NCBI GenBank assembly: GCA_052327205.1
Contig: CM126225.1
Location: 48,918,001 to 48,982,000 of the forward strand
Length of the DNA: 64,000 nucleotides
Direction of reading: 5' to 3'
Source: Somniosus microcephalus
Taxonomy: Eukaryota
Below the pieces are notes generated by a model. It worked only from the letters and a program-made list of their open reading frames with translations, had not been told where the DNA came from and made no database searches. Numbering within the stretch: position 1 is the first letter of the stretch; each line of letters begins with the position of its first letter. Both the position numbers and the translations under genes were made by a program. This document shows, piece after piece, positions 50,424-62,298 of this stretch.

Positions 50424-53400
50424 CTCCCTCTTGCTTTCTCTCTCTATCCCCCCTCATTGTTTGTGTCTCTTGCTCACAGTCTCTCTCATTGAGTAATACA
50501 TTACTATTGCTTCCCCCCCCCCCTCCAGAATTTTGATTAATAAATTCCTTGAGGTCATGAACTAACCCTATGGAGAGCTGTTGGTTTCAATCTGTGTCTG
50601 AGCACACAGTATGCCTACATCACCTGGAATCTTTCTTTCCCCTCCCATTCCCAGCCAGGAAATGTTTAAGGAGCCTCCTTTTATTAATAGGGTGGCTGGT
50701 GGTCAAAATCAAAACACTTTATATTTGGTTTCACATTCTAGCCATAGAGTCTCTTGAGGCTTTTTTTTTACTGCATGGTTTCATGCCCTTCCCAGAATGG
50801 TAAAACAAAGTGAGAAGAATGTACTTTCCCTCTGGTACAGCTTAGAATTCAAGTCAGAACCTGTTGAGCAAACGATGATCAAGCTTTGGTACAGTAGCAA
50901 AATTGGAGTCTGGTTTTCTGTGTGGAGTGTTGTGCAGGGAATTCTGCTGGAGGTCTGAAAAAATGAGCTGGCGAGATGGCCTGCAGCACAGTGTAGAATC
51001 TACTCCTTGAAATAGATATAGGGGAACTGCAATTTCTCAAAACTTGGTGCAGAGTTATTCATTTTAGGTAAAATGAGGCAACATCAGCTCAGGCTAGTAT
51101 CACAGAATCCTACAGCACAGAAGGAGGCCATTCGGCCCATCATGCCTGTGCTGCCCCAGTATTTTGTGTGAAAGGATTTCACTACGAGTGGCATCTCCTC
51201 CTATTGGACTGTCCTGAATCCTTACTCAACAAAAACTGGACAGAATATCAACGTTACAAATCGTTGAACTCTGGAATTGGTGTACATCACACAGGGACCT
51301 GGCTCGACTGCACTTTTCTCCAAAAATGGTGAACAACTGCATGTGTGAGCTGGATCTGGTGTCCCAGTGAAGTCTTGGTATCTGAGTGGACCCGTTTGAC
51401 TTTTGACTTTAAGGCACTACTTGGAGTGGCATCCGCAACAGCTCTTCCTTGTTGAGGTATGGAAAAGGTGACCATTTAAGCTATGGAAGTACGCTTTATT
51501 AATTTGGTTAAATTAATGAGATTTGCTTCTGCCCCTCCCCAAAATTAAATTGAAGATTCCAGTCCCATAGCTGTAGGCACCCACTGAATCCACATGTCAC
51601 TGGTATTAAAGATAAGGAAAGAGTAACGATATTATGCCCATCGGTGTGGTTATTGTCATCTGTTTCTGTCTAGAAATTGGGTTATTTTGTTGCCGTGCTG
51701 TCCCTGCAAAAGCAAGTTGATGTCCACGCTTAGAGGGTGGGGGGTGCAATGGGAGCCGAACTGTCATTTAAAAATCAAGTTGGGCAAAGTAAAATAGCAA
51801 ACAAAATTCAGTGGGGGTCGTTATCAGTAACTCTAAAGTTGGACCCAGATTTAGGGGCACTGTCCTTGTGTAGAAAGTTTTACGACCTTTTGAGGTCCCT
51901 ATTTGGAATGGAATCATACGCACAGAGCTAATGCACAGTAACCAGCCCAAATTCTACAGCTGACTTTAAAGCATCATTAAGGACAAACAACACTGGAGTG
52001 GTTTTGAGTATATTTTTTAAAGAATTTTATTTGACTTTTATTCTGATTTTATTGAAGGACCAAGGCAAGTTATTGTATACTTCCAACTTCAGTGGAATGC
52101 AATTTGGCGGTCTGTTTTAATCACATTAGATAACTGATTAAATCGGTCATGTTCCTTTTTTTTAAACACTTGTCTGAACTTGTACTCAATCGGAGTGTGC
52201 ATGGGTTGCATTAAGGTTAGGAAATATACAATTATCCTGGGGAAGAGGCGGTGGAAAAGGGGTACCAAGTCTGGTTCCTGGTGATTTCCAACCAGAGGGT
52301 GCACTTTGCAAAGAGCACTTCTGCCTAGATGTTTGGGATTGGTGCTTGTGTTCTTGGTCAAGCAGCAGCCTTTTTAAGAAGAACGAATTTGACTGTAACT
52401 GTTGCCATCGCCCCGAGTCCTTTGGGGCTGTGTTAGATTCTCCCGAGTTCAGAAATGGGGGGTGGGGGGGGGGGGAATGGGGTAGAAAGAGGATCACGGT
52501 GAAGTTGAGGTACGCTGGCTCCTTGTCCAAAAGTCCAAGGGAGCGCAACACAAACTGGAAGCTTTGTCCAGTGCAACTATCTCCGATCATAAACGACTTG
52601 GGAAGCTTGTTCTGCCCTGTGACCATTAGTCCAATGGGCAACACCGGTTTTGACAAAATGAATAACTGACGTTACCAATCTGTGACGCAGATGTTTATTT
52701 TTTCCTCCCAGAAGGAATGGTGCTGCAGACAGAGAGTGTTACCTTAGCATAAATCTGGCTGGGACAGATGTCTGCATTAAACATCAGCGATGTTTTTTCT
52801 GTATTGTTTTACAAGATTAAATTGGCATTTTTGGCAAAACAAATAATAGTTTAAGCCACAATGTTTCTGGCGATTGATATGAGCAGCGGAAATGGATCCC
52901 CAGAAAATATTTGAAAATAAGACAAGTTTGCAGATGTCCCTTTTCAAGGGGTGACGAAATTCTTTTGCGCAGTGGGTAATCGTTGTGTGTGTGCGTGGGC
53001 TGGTTAGCTGTACGGGAGTCTGTTTTCATAGTTTGGCCAGAAAGAATGAGTAATCTTTGTCTGTCTGCATTGGGCTTAATCAGATTTTTTTTTCCAGAGA
53101 GAGAGAACACCATCTTGCCAAACCCAGTTTGGTTCGGGTGATCCTCATTTGTGTGTACTTTTTTTTTCCCCCCTCACCCACCCAACTATAATTATTAATG
53201 TCCACTTCAGGCCTCAATACCTCCACTCACCTAAATATTAGAGAAAGTTGCTGTTTAGTGCATTTTTGATGCGCTAAAAGATGTGATGTGCAGTTGCTGC
53301 AACTCAAGTTTCTAAACAAATCTTAGGAGGAAAGTTACTCTTGTACCTTTTTAAACACACAAACTAGAGCTGGTTTTTTCCAGGGAAGGAGAACTACTCC

Positions 53401-54412
53401 GTACTTGCGGCCAAACAATTCTATTTGCTCACGTACCAATAATTGTCCAGCAGACTTAGAGATGTTCTTTCAGTTCAATTTTTTTTATGGTGAATTTCAT
53501 TACAGCTTGACAAGTCTTTAGCAGGTTATAAAGTTGATCCATTTAACGCATCGCTTGTAATACCTGCAATAGCTGCAGCCTGCGCTCTGTATGACAAAAG
53601 ATTGAAAAAGTACCAGATTTTCTTGGGTTTTAGTCACTCTCTAACACGGTGAGTTGGATCAGATGTAGTGTTTTTTCTTCTTCAAGAAAACACTTTTTAA
53701 CGTAAGGAATAAAGTGACCAAGACTGCGTTTTGATAAACCTGATCACCCAATTTTATGGAAACCTTTCCTTTTGATTTATTCCTCCTAGTGTGTGTGTGT
53801 GTTTGGAATCTCGTGTGTTCCAGTTCCAGTTAGTACACTGCATATGAGCAATCTTTGGGCAACCTCTTCTCCCTCTCTTTCTCTTTTTCCCCCCCCCCCC
53901 CCCCCCCACAAATAAATATACATCCCATAGCTAAATCCTTCATCAATGTCCCCTTATGGCCGATTGTCATTCAGCAGTTACACGTGTGCAGGAACTTTGG
54001 CTTTAGAGTGTTCCTTTCAATTTCTTTCATTGCAGCTAGTTAAAACACTGTGAATAACTCCTGGTTTTGTAAACTTTCAGACCAGTTTATCTCTCCCTGT
54101 GGTTCCTCTCTTTCCGACTGTTCTGTTTTTAAAAAGAAGAAATTTGTACAAATGCCTCTATTTAACTGTATACTGTAGTGGTATGATGACGATTCTGATT
54201 TCAACTGCGTGAGCCTCTTCTAAACTACAGCTTTACATTAATGTACAAAAGAGTAAAAAAAAACAAAATGAAGGGGTGAAGTTAAACCGGTACGGATATT
54301 TTCTTTTGAATCAAAAGGAAGGTACCGTGGAGCCCCTGTGAGTATGTGTCACTGTGAAATACATGCTTGGCTAATAACCCAGTCTCTTGATGAGGGTTGC
54401 TGTGTATATTTC

Positions 54413-54418
54413 AATAAA
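54413..54418 (+). terminator. Candidate distal polyadenylation signal AATAAA
   Basis: tgtgtatatttcAATAAAgtgtattgc, with UGUA upstream and U/GU-rich sequence downstream; lies near the end of the TE-poor block. Other AATAAA at 49435, 49534, 49714, 50539, 53708 and 54510. Confidence 0.5.
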
Positions 54419-54924
54419 GTGTATTGCTTTGACTGTGCAGATTCCAAACCGTTAGATGTCCATTGATAGCTGCTGCAGTGTAGAAAATTGTTTCTTTTAT
54501 TCATCTGCTAATAAATTGAACCTCATAAACTTAATATTCCTGAAAATATTATTTTCTCTTGTCTGAAATTCAAACCTTGGCCTGTGTTACCCTGGAGGGC
54601 CTCAAGTCCTCTTGCCATGACTGGGAACTGGGTGACCTAGCTGATGAAATATGGCTGTTTTATCTCTTTGGAATTAGGTCCAAGCAGGCCCAAATATTCC
54701 TCTGTGGTTATTGAATGTAAACTGAAATAACAGTCTCGGCCAAGGTCTTTGCGGGTGGACATACCATTCTGGTCAATGTGCTTCTGTGTAAGAAGGTAAG
54801 CAGGATAGAACTTTCTGTTTAAGAAATACAATAACAAAGTAAGTGATGCAAAGAATGTTGCAAGGAGATGCAGTTATGAGGAGCACCCTGATTTAGGGGA
54901 TTGTGGATTGTACATCAAAAGACA

Positions 54925-55140
54925 GAATTGTATTTATGCTGTGCCTTTCATGACCTCAGGCTGTCCCAAAGCGCTTTACAGCCAATGAAGTACTTTTTTT
55001 TTTAAGTGTAGTCACTGCTAATATAAGAAACGTGGCAGCCAATCTGTACACGGCAAGGTCCCACAAACAGCAACGTGATCATGAGCAGATGATCTGTTTT
55101 AGTGACGTTGGTTGAGGGATAAATATTGGCCAGGACACAT
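54925..55140 (-). mobile_element. SacSINE1-type SINE 3' half
   Basis: cccaaagcgctttacagccaatgaagtac...gttgagggataaatattggccaggacac. Confidence 0.85.
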
Positions 55141-55257
55141 GAAACAGATCCTCTGACTGACTGATGGCAATAGGATATAACTGAGCCAATACATTGTTTT
55201 AATTTCTTTTCATTTAGATGTATATTACTTGAAATAGTACTGCATAACCTGGTTTTC

Positions 55258-55406
55258 ATAGAATCATAGAAATTTACGGCACAGAGGCAGGCCATTTGGC
55301 CCATCATGTCTGTGCCGGCCGAAAAAGAGCTATCCAGCCTAATGCCACTTTCCAGCTCTTGGTCTGCAGCCCTGTTGGTTACAGCACTTCAAGCGCATAG
55401 CCAAGT
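55258..55406 (-). mobile_element. CR1 3' tail
   Basis: catagaatcatagaa...ggccatttggcccatc; reverse complement of the end of 63325-63908. Confidence 0.8.
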
Positions 55407-55439
55407 GTTCACCCAGGTGAATGGAACAATTTACGTTTT

Positions 55440-55775
55440 AGGCACTGGTGGCAGCATTGGGGCCAGGTAGAGCCAGATGTAGAGTTAAAGCTCCCTCTGT
55501 TACAGCAATTTGCCTCTGTCCCTACTGCTCAATGTGGCTTTATTTTCCATTTCCCACACCAGCCATTCTGTAACCTCTGAGTGAGCTTGCCAATTAGTGT
55601 TGAATTAGGGGCAGCTTTGTGTGCTTGGCCCATGCTAACTAGAACTAGATTGTGATGGCCCCAATTCATTTCACACACGACCCTTGTGGCCAGCATACAG
55701 AAGACTTCCGTCCCCATCAACCTGGGCTGGATTCAAACCCAGATTCCAGAAGTGGAAGGCTCTCCCACCATTTCA
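55440..55775 (-). mobile_element. LF-SINE-like element
   Basis: Minus strand gagccttccacttctgg..ctgggtttgaatccagcccaggt...tgtgaaatgaattgg...cactaattggca matches my recollection of LF-SINE consensus blocks. Confidence 0.6.
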
Positions 55776-55845
55776 TTGATGCATTTACACTTACCGTAAA
55801 TTATATAGCTGTGGTCTATGAACCACTTGCAGCCTCTGAGCCCTG

Positions 55846-55975
55846 ATCAAATCAAATCAAATCAACTTTTATTGTCATTGTTAGTGCACAAGTGCAGTAC
55901 AACGAAATGTAGGCTTGCGGCTCCCGAGAGTGTACATTTAGATTAAGACATTTAAACATTCAACATACATTTGGC
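55846..55975 (-). mobile_element. Rex1/Babar 3' terminal fragment (130 bp)
   Basis: Nearly identical to 21970-22022 joined to 22217-22294. Confidence 0.92.
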
Positions 55976-56182
55976 CCAGGCAATACATTCTAATGTAGTG
56001 CTTGTATTACTTAATCACTAATTAGTTGGTGCATTGCCTCATTTGGGGGATAATTCCAAAGCAAGAGCACCAGAATCTGTTGGTATCAGTAGTTTGAGAT
56101 GTTTGCAGATTGATGGGATGGATTTAAATTTTGTATGTGACTCCCAAGGCTCCATGGTATGTACCTATGGGTCTTCCAAGGA

Positions 56183-56647
56183 AGAAAGGAAGACTTGCAT
56201 TTATATAGCGCCTTTCACAATCTCAGGATATCCCAAAGCGCTTTACAGCCAATGAAGTACTTTTGAAGTGCAGTCACTGTTGTAATGTAGGAAACGCAGC
56301 AGCCAATTTGCGCACAGCAAGCTCCCACAAACAGCAATGTGATAATGTCCAGATAATCCGTTTTAGTGATGGCAATTGAGGAATGAAGATTGGCTAGGAT
56401 GGGGATAACTGCCCTGCTGTTCTTTGAAATAGTGCCATGGGATCTTTTATGTCCACCTGAGGGCAACTGGGGCCTTGGTTTAATGTCTCATCCGAAAGAT
56501 GACACCTCCGACAGTGCAGCTCTCCCTCAGCACTGCACTGGAGTGTCAGCCTAGATTTTTGTGCTCCAGTCTCTTGAGTGGGACTTGAACCCACAACCTT
56601 CTGACTCAGGCGAGAGTGCTACCCACTGAGCCACGGCTAACACGTTT
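56183..56647 (-). mobile_element. Full-length SacSINE1/Deu-SINE-type SINE
   Basis: tRNA-like head (minus: gtggctcagtgggtagcac...gggttcaagtccc); 12-bp TSD gtcttccaagga at 56171-56182 and 56648-56659. Confidence 0.93.
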
Positions 56648-57376
56648 GTCTTCCAAGGACAAACAATTTGGCCATCCCTGTCCATAAAGGTCACAACAAA
56701 TGTTAGCAACTTTCTTTTGCCCTTGATTTTTGGTTTATTCTACTTCTTCGTCTCTAAGTTCAGTCAAGATTTTAGATGTCAGACATGTAATAGCTTAATT
56801 CCAGGAATTGGCAAGAAAACGGAGGCTCCAAGGATAATGACGACGAACGAAGTTAAAGGTGGAGTTGTTTGTCTTCAAGGCACTATGCCCTTTAGTGTTT
56901 CCTTTCCCATGTGGGCTAATCCATATTATTTAGTGGATTAAAAAAAAGTCTTAAATGTTATTGCGTTTTCCCATCTCAATGTTATATTTTCAGCTTTACA
57001 GGAAGTGATTTCTGGAATCCGAATTCTCATCTGATGTTGAACACAAAAGTTACGTATGGGCAATAACGTCCTAGGTGAGTTACAGCAATGGCTATTAGAT
57101 GTCTTTATGCATTAACATAACTGCTCTTTTGTGCTTTCTGTACTCATCGTTAATGGGTACCAAGTTACCAAGGGCAATTTGGTTCTCCCACTGCAGTTTA
57201 CAAAAACTAGTGCAGTTCCACCCATCCCTGACTAACTTCTACCCCTGTCGACTTCTCTTCCCCTAGCCCCATTTTGTATGCTTTCCTCTTTGCACTCCTC
57301 CTTTTCTGTCCCACTTTCTGTAGAGCCGGACTGATGGTCTGACCTTGTGTGTTTGCCAAGACCTGGTAAGACCTCC

Positions 57377-59077
57377 AGTGTATTGGTCATCATGATAGAA
57401 GACACTAAAAGCATCCCAATAATGGATAATCAAGGGACTATTGGGGTGGGGGTGGGGGGACTTTAAAACAATCACTATCACTAGAGAGAAAGTACTAGGC
57501 AAACTAATGGGACTAAAGGTGGACAAGTCCCCTGGACCCGATGGTATGCATCCTAGAGTCTTAAAAGAGGTGGCTGCAGAGATAGTGGATGCATTGGTTG
57601 TAATCTACCAAAATTCCCTGGACTCTGGAGAGGTCCCAGCGGACTGGAAAACTGCAAATGTAACGCCCCTATTCAAGAAAGGAGGGAGACAGAAAGCAGG
57701 CAACTATCGACCAGTTAGCCTAACATCTGTCATTGGGGAAAATGCTGGAGTCCATCATTAAGGAAGTGCTAGCAGGACATTTAGATAATCATAATACAGT
57801 CAAGCAGTGTCAACATGGTTTTATGAAAGGGAAATCGTGTTTGATAAATTTGCTGGAGTTCTTTGAGGATGTAATGAGCAGGGTGATTAAAGGGGAACCA
57901 GTAGATGTGTATTTGGATTTCCAGAAGGCATTCGATAAGGTGCCACACAAGATAAGAGCTCACAGGGTTGGGGGTAATATATTGGCATGGATAGAGGATT
58001 GGCTAACTAACAGAAAACAGAGAGTCAGGATAAATGGGTCATTTTCAGGTTGGCAAACTGTAACTAGTGGAGTGCCGCAGGGATCAGGGCTGGGGCCTCA
58101 ACTATTTACAATCTATATTAATGACTTGGATGAAGGGACTGAGTGTAATGTAACCAAATTTGCTGCTGATACAAAGATAGGTGGGAAAGCAAATTGTGTG
58201 GAGGATGCAAAGAATCTCCAAAGGGATATAGATAGGCTAAGTGAGTGGGCAAAAATCTGTCAGATGGAGTTTAATGTCGGAAAATGCGAGGTTATCCACT
58301 TTGATAGGAAAAATAAAAAAGCAAATTATTATTTAAATGGGGAGAGATTACAAAATGCTGAGGTAGAGGGATCTGGGGGTCCTTGTACATGAATCACAAA
58401 AAGTTAGCATGCAGGTACAGCAAGTAATTAGGAAGGCAAATGGAATGTTGGCCTTTATTGCAAAGGGAATGGAGTATAAAAGTAGGGAAGTCCTGTTACA
58501 ACTGTACAGGGCGTTGGTGAGACCACACCTGGAGTACTGCGTACAGTTTTGGTCTCCTTATTTAAGGAGGGATATACTTGCATTGGAGACAGTTCAGAGA
58601 AGGTTCACGAGGTTGATTCCGGAGATGAAGGGGTTGTCTTATGAGGAAAGGTTGAGCAGGTTGGGCCTATACTCATTGGAGTTTAGAAGAATGAGAGGGG
58701 ATCTTATTGAAACATTCTGAAGGAGCTTGACCGGGTAGATGCAGAGAGAATATTTCCCCTCGTGGGGGAATCTAGAACTAGGCATAATTTCAGAATAAGG
58801 GGGCACCCTTTTAAAATGGGAATGAGGAGAAATTTCTTCTCTGAGGGTCGTGAATCTTTGGAATTCTCTTCCCCAGAGAGCTGTGGAGGCTGGGTCATTG
58901 AATATATTTAAGGTGGAGATAGACAGATTTTTGAAAGGTTAGGAAGTCAAGGGTTATGGGGAACGGGCAGGGAAGTGGAGTTTGAGGCCAAGATTAGATC
59001 AGCCACAATCTTATTGAATGGCGGAGCAGGCTCGAGGGGCCAAATGACCTCCTGCTCCTACGTCTTATGTTCTTATG
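57377..59077 (+). mobile_element. CR1 LINE, about 1.7-kb 3' fragment with RT (frameshifted)
   Basis: ORFs 57441-57761, 57733-58392 (GVPQGSGLGPQLFTIYINDL...KFAADTK) and 58409-58720; (tcttatg)n tail. Confidence 0.95.
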
Positions 59078-59339
59078 AAGGTCGCTGGGTTCATATGTTG
59101 GTCACAGCTGGGATTTGAACTCTGGCCTCCAGCCAGAGAGTCCAACACGAACATTAGCCGTAACTGGGCTGCTGATTCTACCTCCTTTTCCTTTTTGTTA
59201 ATTGGCCCCCCTCTGCATTTTGCAGAAACTAATTATTATTTCTAGCATTAAGGGCTACAATCTACAATACAGATTAGCATGTAGATGTCTCAGAGATCAG
59301 AGCCAATTAGGGAAGCAGAGGGAGAGGGGTGAGAGGAAA

Positions 59340-59497
59340 CTGCAGAGAATCATGTAGTAATACATTTTGGGTGGGGGAATGAAGAAGGCAATATAAACAA
59401 AATCATACAATTTTAAAGGGGGTGCAGAAACGGAGAGACCTGGGGCTTCACATACACAAATCTTAGAAGGTGGCAGGACAAGTTGATAAAGCTGTAC
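59340..59497 (+). mobile_element. Old CR1 fragment truncated by the Penelope insertion
   Basis: gtaatacattttggg...ttttaaagggggtgcagaaacggagagacctgggg...ggcaggacaagttgataaagctgt. Confidence 0.6.
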
Positions 59498-59499
59498 AA

Positions 59500-60013
59500 A
59501 AAGAAAATACTGCAGATGCTGGAAATCTGAATTAAAAACAGAAATTGCTGGAGATACTCAGCAGGTCGGGCAGCATCTGTGAAGAGAGAAACCGAGTTAA
59601 CGTTTCAGGTCGATGACCTTTCGTCAGAACTGGAAAAAAGCAGGAAATGGAACTGATTTTTAAGCAAGTGTAGGGGCTGGGAAATGGGGAGGGGATGAAA
59701 GAACAAAAGGGAAGGTCTGTGATAGGATAGAAGGCGGGAGAGATTAAGAGACATTAAGAGGTATTCAAGGCAAAAGGAGATGGTAATGGGACAGGTTAAG
59801 AAACAAAGGATGGCTCTAGATGGAGTGTGAATTGCGCTGGCAGAATGAAAGACAGCTGCCATGTGGGAGAGACGAAAAGAAGACACAAACAAAAGGTGTG
59901 GATAAAAAATATATATATGATAGGGACCGAGCTCGAGAAACAACACCTCATCTTTCGATGAGGCACTTTACAGCCTTCTGGACTCAACATAGAGTTCAAC
60001 AATTTCAGATCAT
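59500..60013 (-). mobile_element. Penelope-like element with inverted 5' segment
   Basis: 59500-~59860 is the terminal repeat on the minus strand; 59930-60013 is the GIY-YIG C-terminal piece (LEKQHLIFR*GTLQPSGLNIEFNNFR) on the plus strand. Confidence 0.85.
59595..59631 (-). ncRNA. Putative minimal type-I hammerhead ribozyme (PLE-associated)
   Basis: Minus strand: AGUU CUGACGA A AGGUC-AUC-GACCU GAAA C GUU AACU; perfect 5-bp helix II and 4-bp helix I. Confidence 0.65.
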
Positions 60014-60029
60014 ATCCTCGGTCCCCATC

Positions 60030-61262
60030 ATAAACATCCTCCCAGCATCTACCCTGTCAAGCCCTTTAAGAATCTTATATGTTTCAGTGAGATCACGTCT
60101 CATTCTTCTAAACTCGAGGCCTAGTCTACTCAATCTCTCCTCGTAGGACAATCCCTTCATCCCAGGAATCAGTCTGGTGAACCTTCGTTGCACTCCCTCT
60201 AAGGCAAGTATATCCTTCCTTGGGTAAGGAGACCAAAACTGTGCACAGTACTCCAGGTGTGGTCTCACCAAGGCCCTATATAATTGTAGTAAAGACATCT
60301 TTACTCTTGTGCTCCAATCCCTTTATAATAAGGACTAACCTACCATTTGCTTGCCCAATTGCTTGTTGTACCTGCATGTTAACTTTGTGATTTGTGTACA
60401 GGGGCATCCAGGTCCCTCTGAATGCCAACATTTCCCAGTCTCTCACCATTTAAAAAATATTCTGCTATTGTAGGAATTGATGTATTCCTAACTAATAACT
60501 GAGGTCGACTCAGGCGAACAATCAAACAGGTCTTTTCTGGAATTCGTCAAATCCAACATTAAACAACAAAGATCGATGCAGGAGAGCCATGGAGCAGGTC
60601 TTTACCCGACGGGGATGCCACGAGGACTGCCTCGGCAGCCCCGTGAATTGCGTCGTGACGTCATCGTGTTTTCCCGCACTTGGGGTGGTCATGTGATGTG
60701 CGACGTGACGTCATTGCGTTTACCCGCGCTCTTAAAGGGGCCACGCCCCGTACACGCAGAACACTATATACAAAACCCAGTAATGCCCAACACAATAGTA
60801 CAGGTTTAGGCTGGTGTTAGAACATCGTTAAAGGGAATTATATACAATTAGCTAGATTAACTCAGTGGTACCGCCACACTATTCTATTTTTTCTACCAAA
60901 GTGAATAACTTCACACTTCTCCACATTATATTGCATCTGCTATGTTCTTGCCCACTCACTTAGCCTGTCTATATCCCCTTGAAGCCTCTTTGCGTCTTCC
61001 TCACCACTTACTTTCCCACCCAGCTTTGTATCATCAGCAAACTTGGATACGTTACACTCTGTCCCCCTCATCTAAGCCATTGATATAGATTGTAAATAGC
61101 TGAGGCCCAAGCACTGATCCTTGAGGTACCCCGACTAGTTACAGCCTGCCAACCCGAAAATGACCCATTTATTCCTACTCTGCTTTCTGACCATTAACCA
61201 ATCCTCAATCCATGCTAATGTATTACCCCAATCCCATGAGCCTTATTTTGTGTAATAACCTC
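60030..61262 (-). mobile_element. CR1 LINE fragment interrupted by a solo LTR
   Basis: ORF 60005-60298 (LYRALVRPHLEYCAQFWSPY); CR1 sequence resumes at 60879. Confidence 0.9.
60469..60878. mobile_element. Solo LTR, 410 bp (Ty3/Gypsy- or ERV-like)
   Basis: TG...CA termini (tgtagg / gccaca); 4-bp TSD ctat at 60465-60468 and 60879-60882; CpG-rich interior. Confidence 0.85.
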
Positions 61263-62298
61263 TGTGCTGTAAGATTCCATGATGGGTGTTTGAGAAAAAA
61301 CAGTAGATTGGAGCTTAGTGAAGGTGAAGCACATAAAAGGCCACAAAGAGATTGGCCGAAGTTTGCAAAGTATTTGAATTAATGCTGCAAACAAACTTAC
61401 ATTCTTCACCTCCAGCTTTTTATGCCCTTCAGGGACTTGAAAATATTTGTGACACTGATCTATTTGAGCCTCGATTTCCACCCCCCCCCCCAACCACAAA
61501 CGTGGCCTTAACAACACGCCTGTAACCCAAAGTTCCTGAAAGACTGAAGTGGGCTGAGCAAGAAACATTCCTCTGCCATGTACCATTTGAATTGAACAAA
61601 TCCAACCGAGACCATGGTCACTTTAAAATGGTTCACGTACATTGCATCAGTTGTACAATTCCCCTTTCTCCTGGTGTACAACTCCCCGTGTGCTGGGTCT
61701 GCTGATCAGTCATTTTTCTCCAGTCAATTGGTGCAGTTGGAAACCTGCTTCACATGGGAGGGAGAGGGTTGGAGAGTCTTTTCACCTATGCAATATAATT
61801 TCTTTACCTCAATTTGAAAGTTTATCCTCCACAAAAACTACTCATCACAAGCTTGTTATGTTTGATTATAACTTTTACATGATATATGATTCCTTTCCCA
61901 GTTTCAGGTGAAGCACTATATATGTGCACTTGGTTGAAGATTGGCCATAGTCTGCTTGGACATCACTTGATGCCTTGCCAATGGATAGAATTAGATGAGT
62001 TTTCCCAGGAGTCTTCCTGGATCTGAATGGCCATATTTGTCATGTTTCCCCATGAAATACAGATTTTGAGGTCTATACAAGGTGCGCCCAAAGAACCCAT
62101 CATCAAAGACTTTCATGTTGAAGGGTTGGTTTTAAATAGTGAATGACCACTTGGAATCAAACATACCACCAACCTCAGCATACCAGGAGTGAGCCTCCTG
62201 TAATTCACAAAACCCAGACAGGTTTATAGAGGGGGCACATAGGGTACGAGTTTGAGATGAACCTGTATCTCAATCAACTGGAGCAAAAGTATTGAGCT

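Larger units (their letters stand above)
48367..54440 (+). other. TLK2: Candidate long TLK2 3'UTR
   Basis: Follows the stop codon; U-rich and almost free of transposons, unlike the introns and the flank after ~54900; several AATAAA. The 3' end is inferred, not seen. Confidence 0.55.

Noticed and set aside
54183-54198. C box (ATGATGA) and D box (CTGA) snoRNA-like pair
   Set aside because: Only 5 nt apart, with no guide region or terminal stem.
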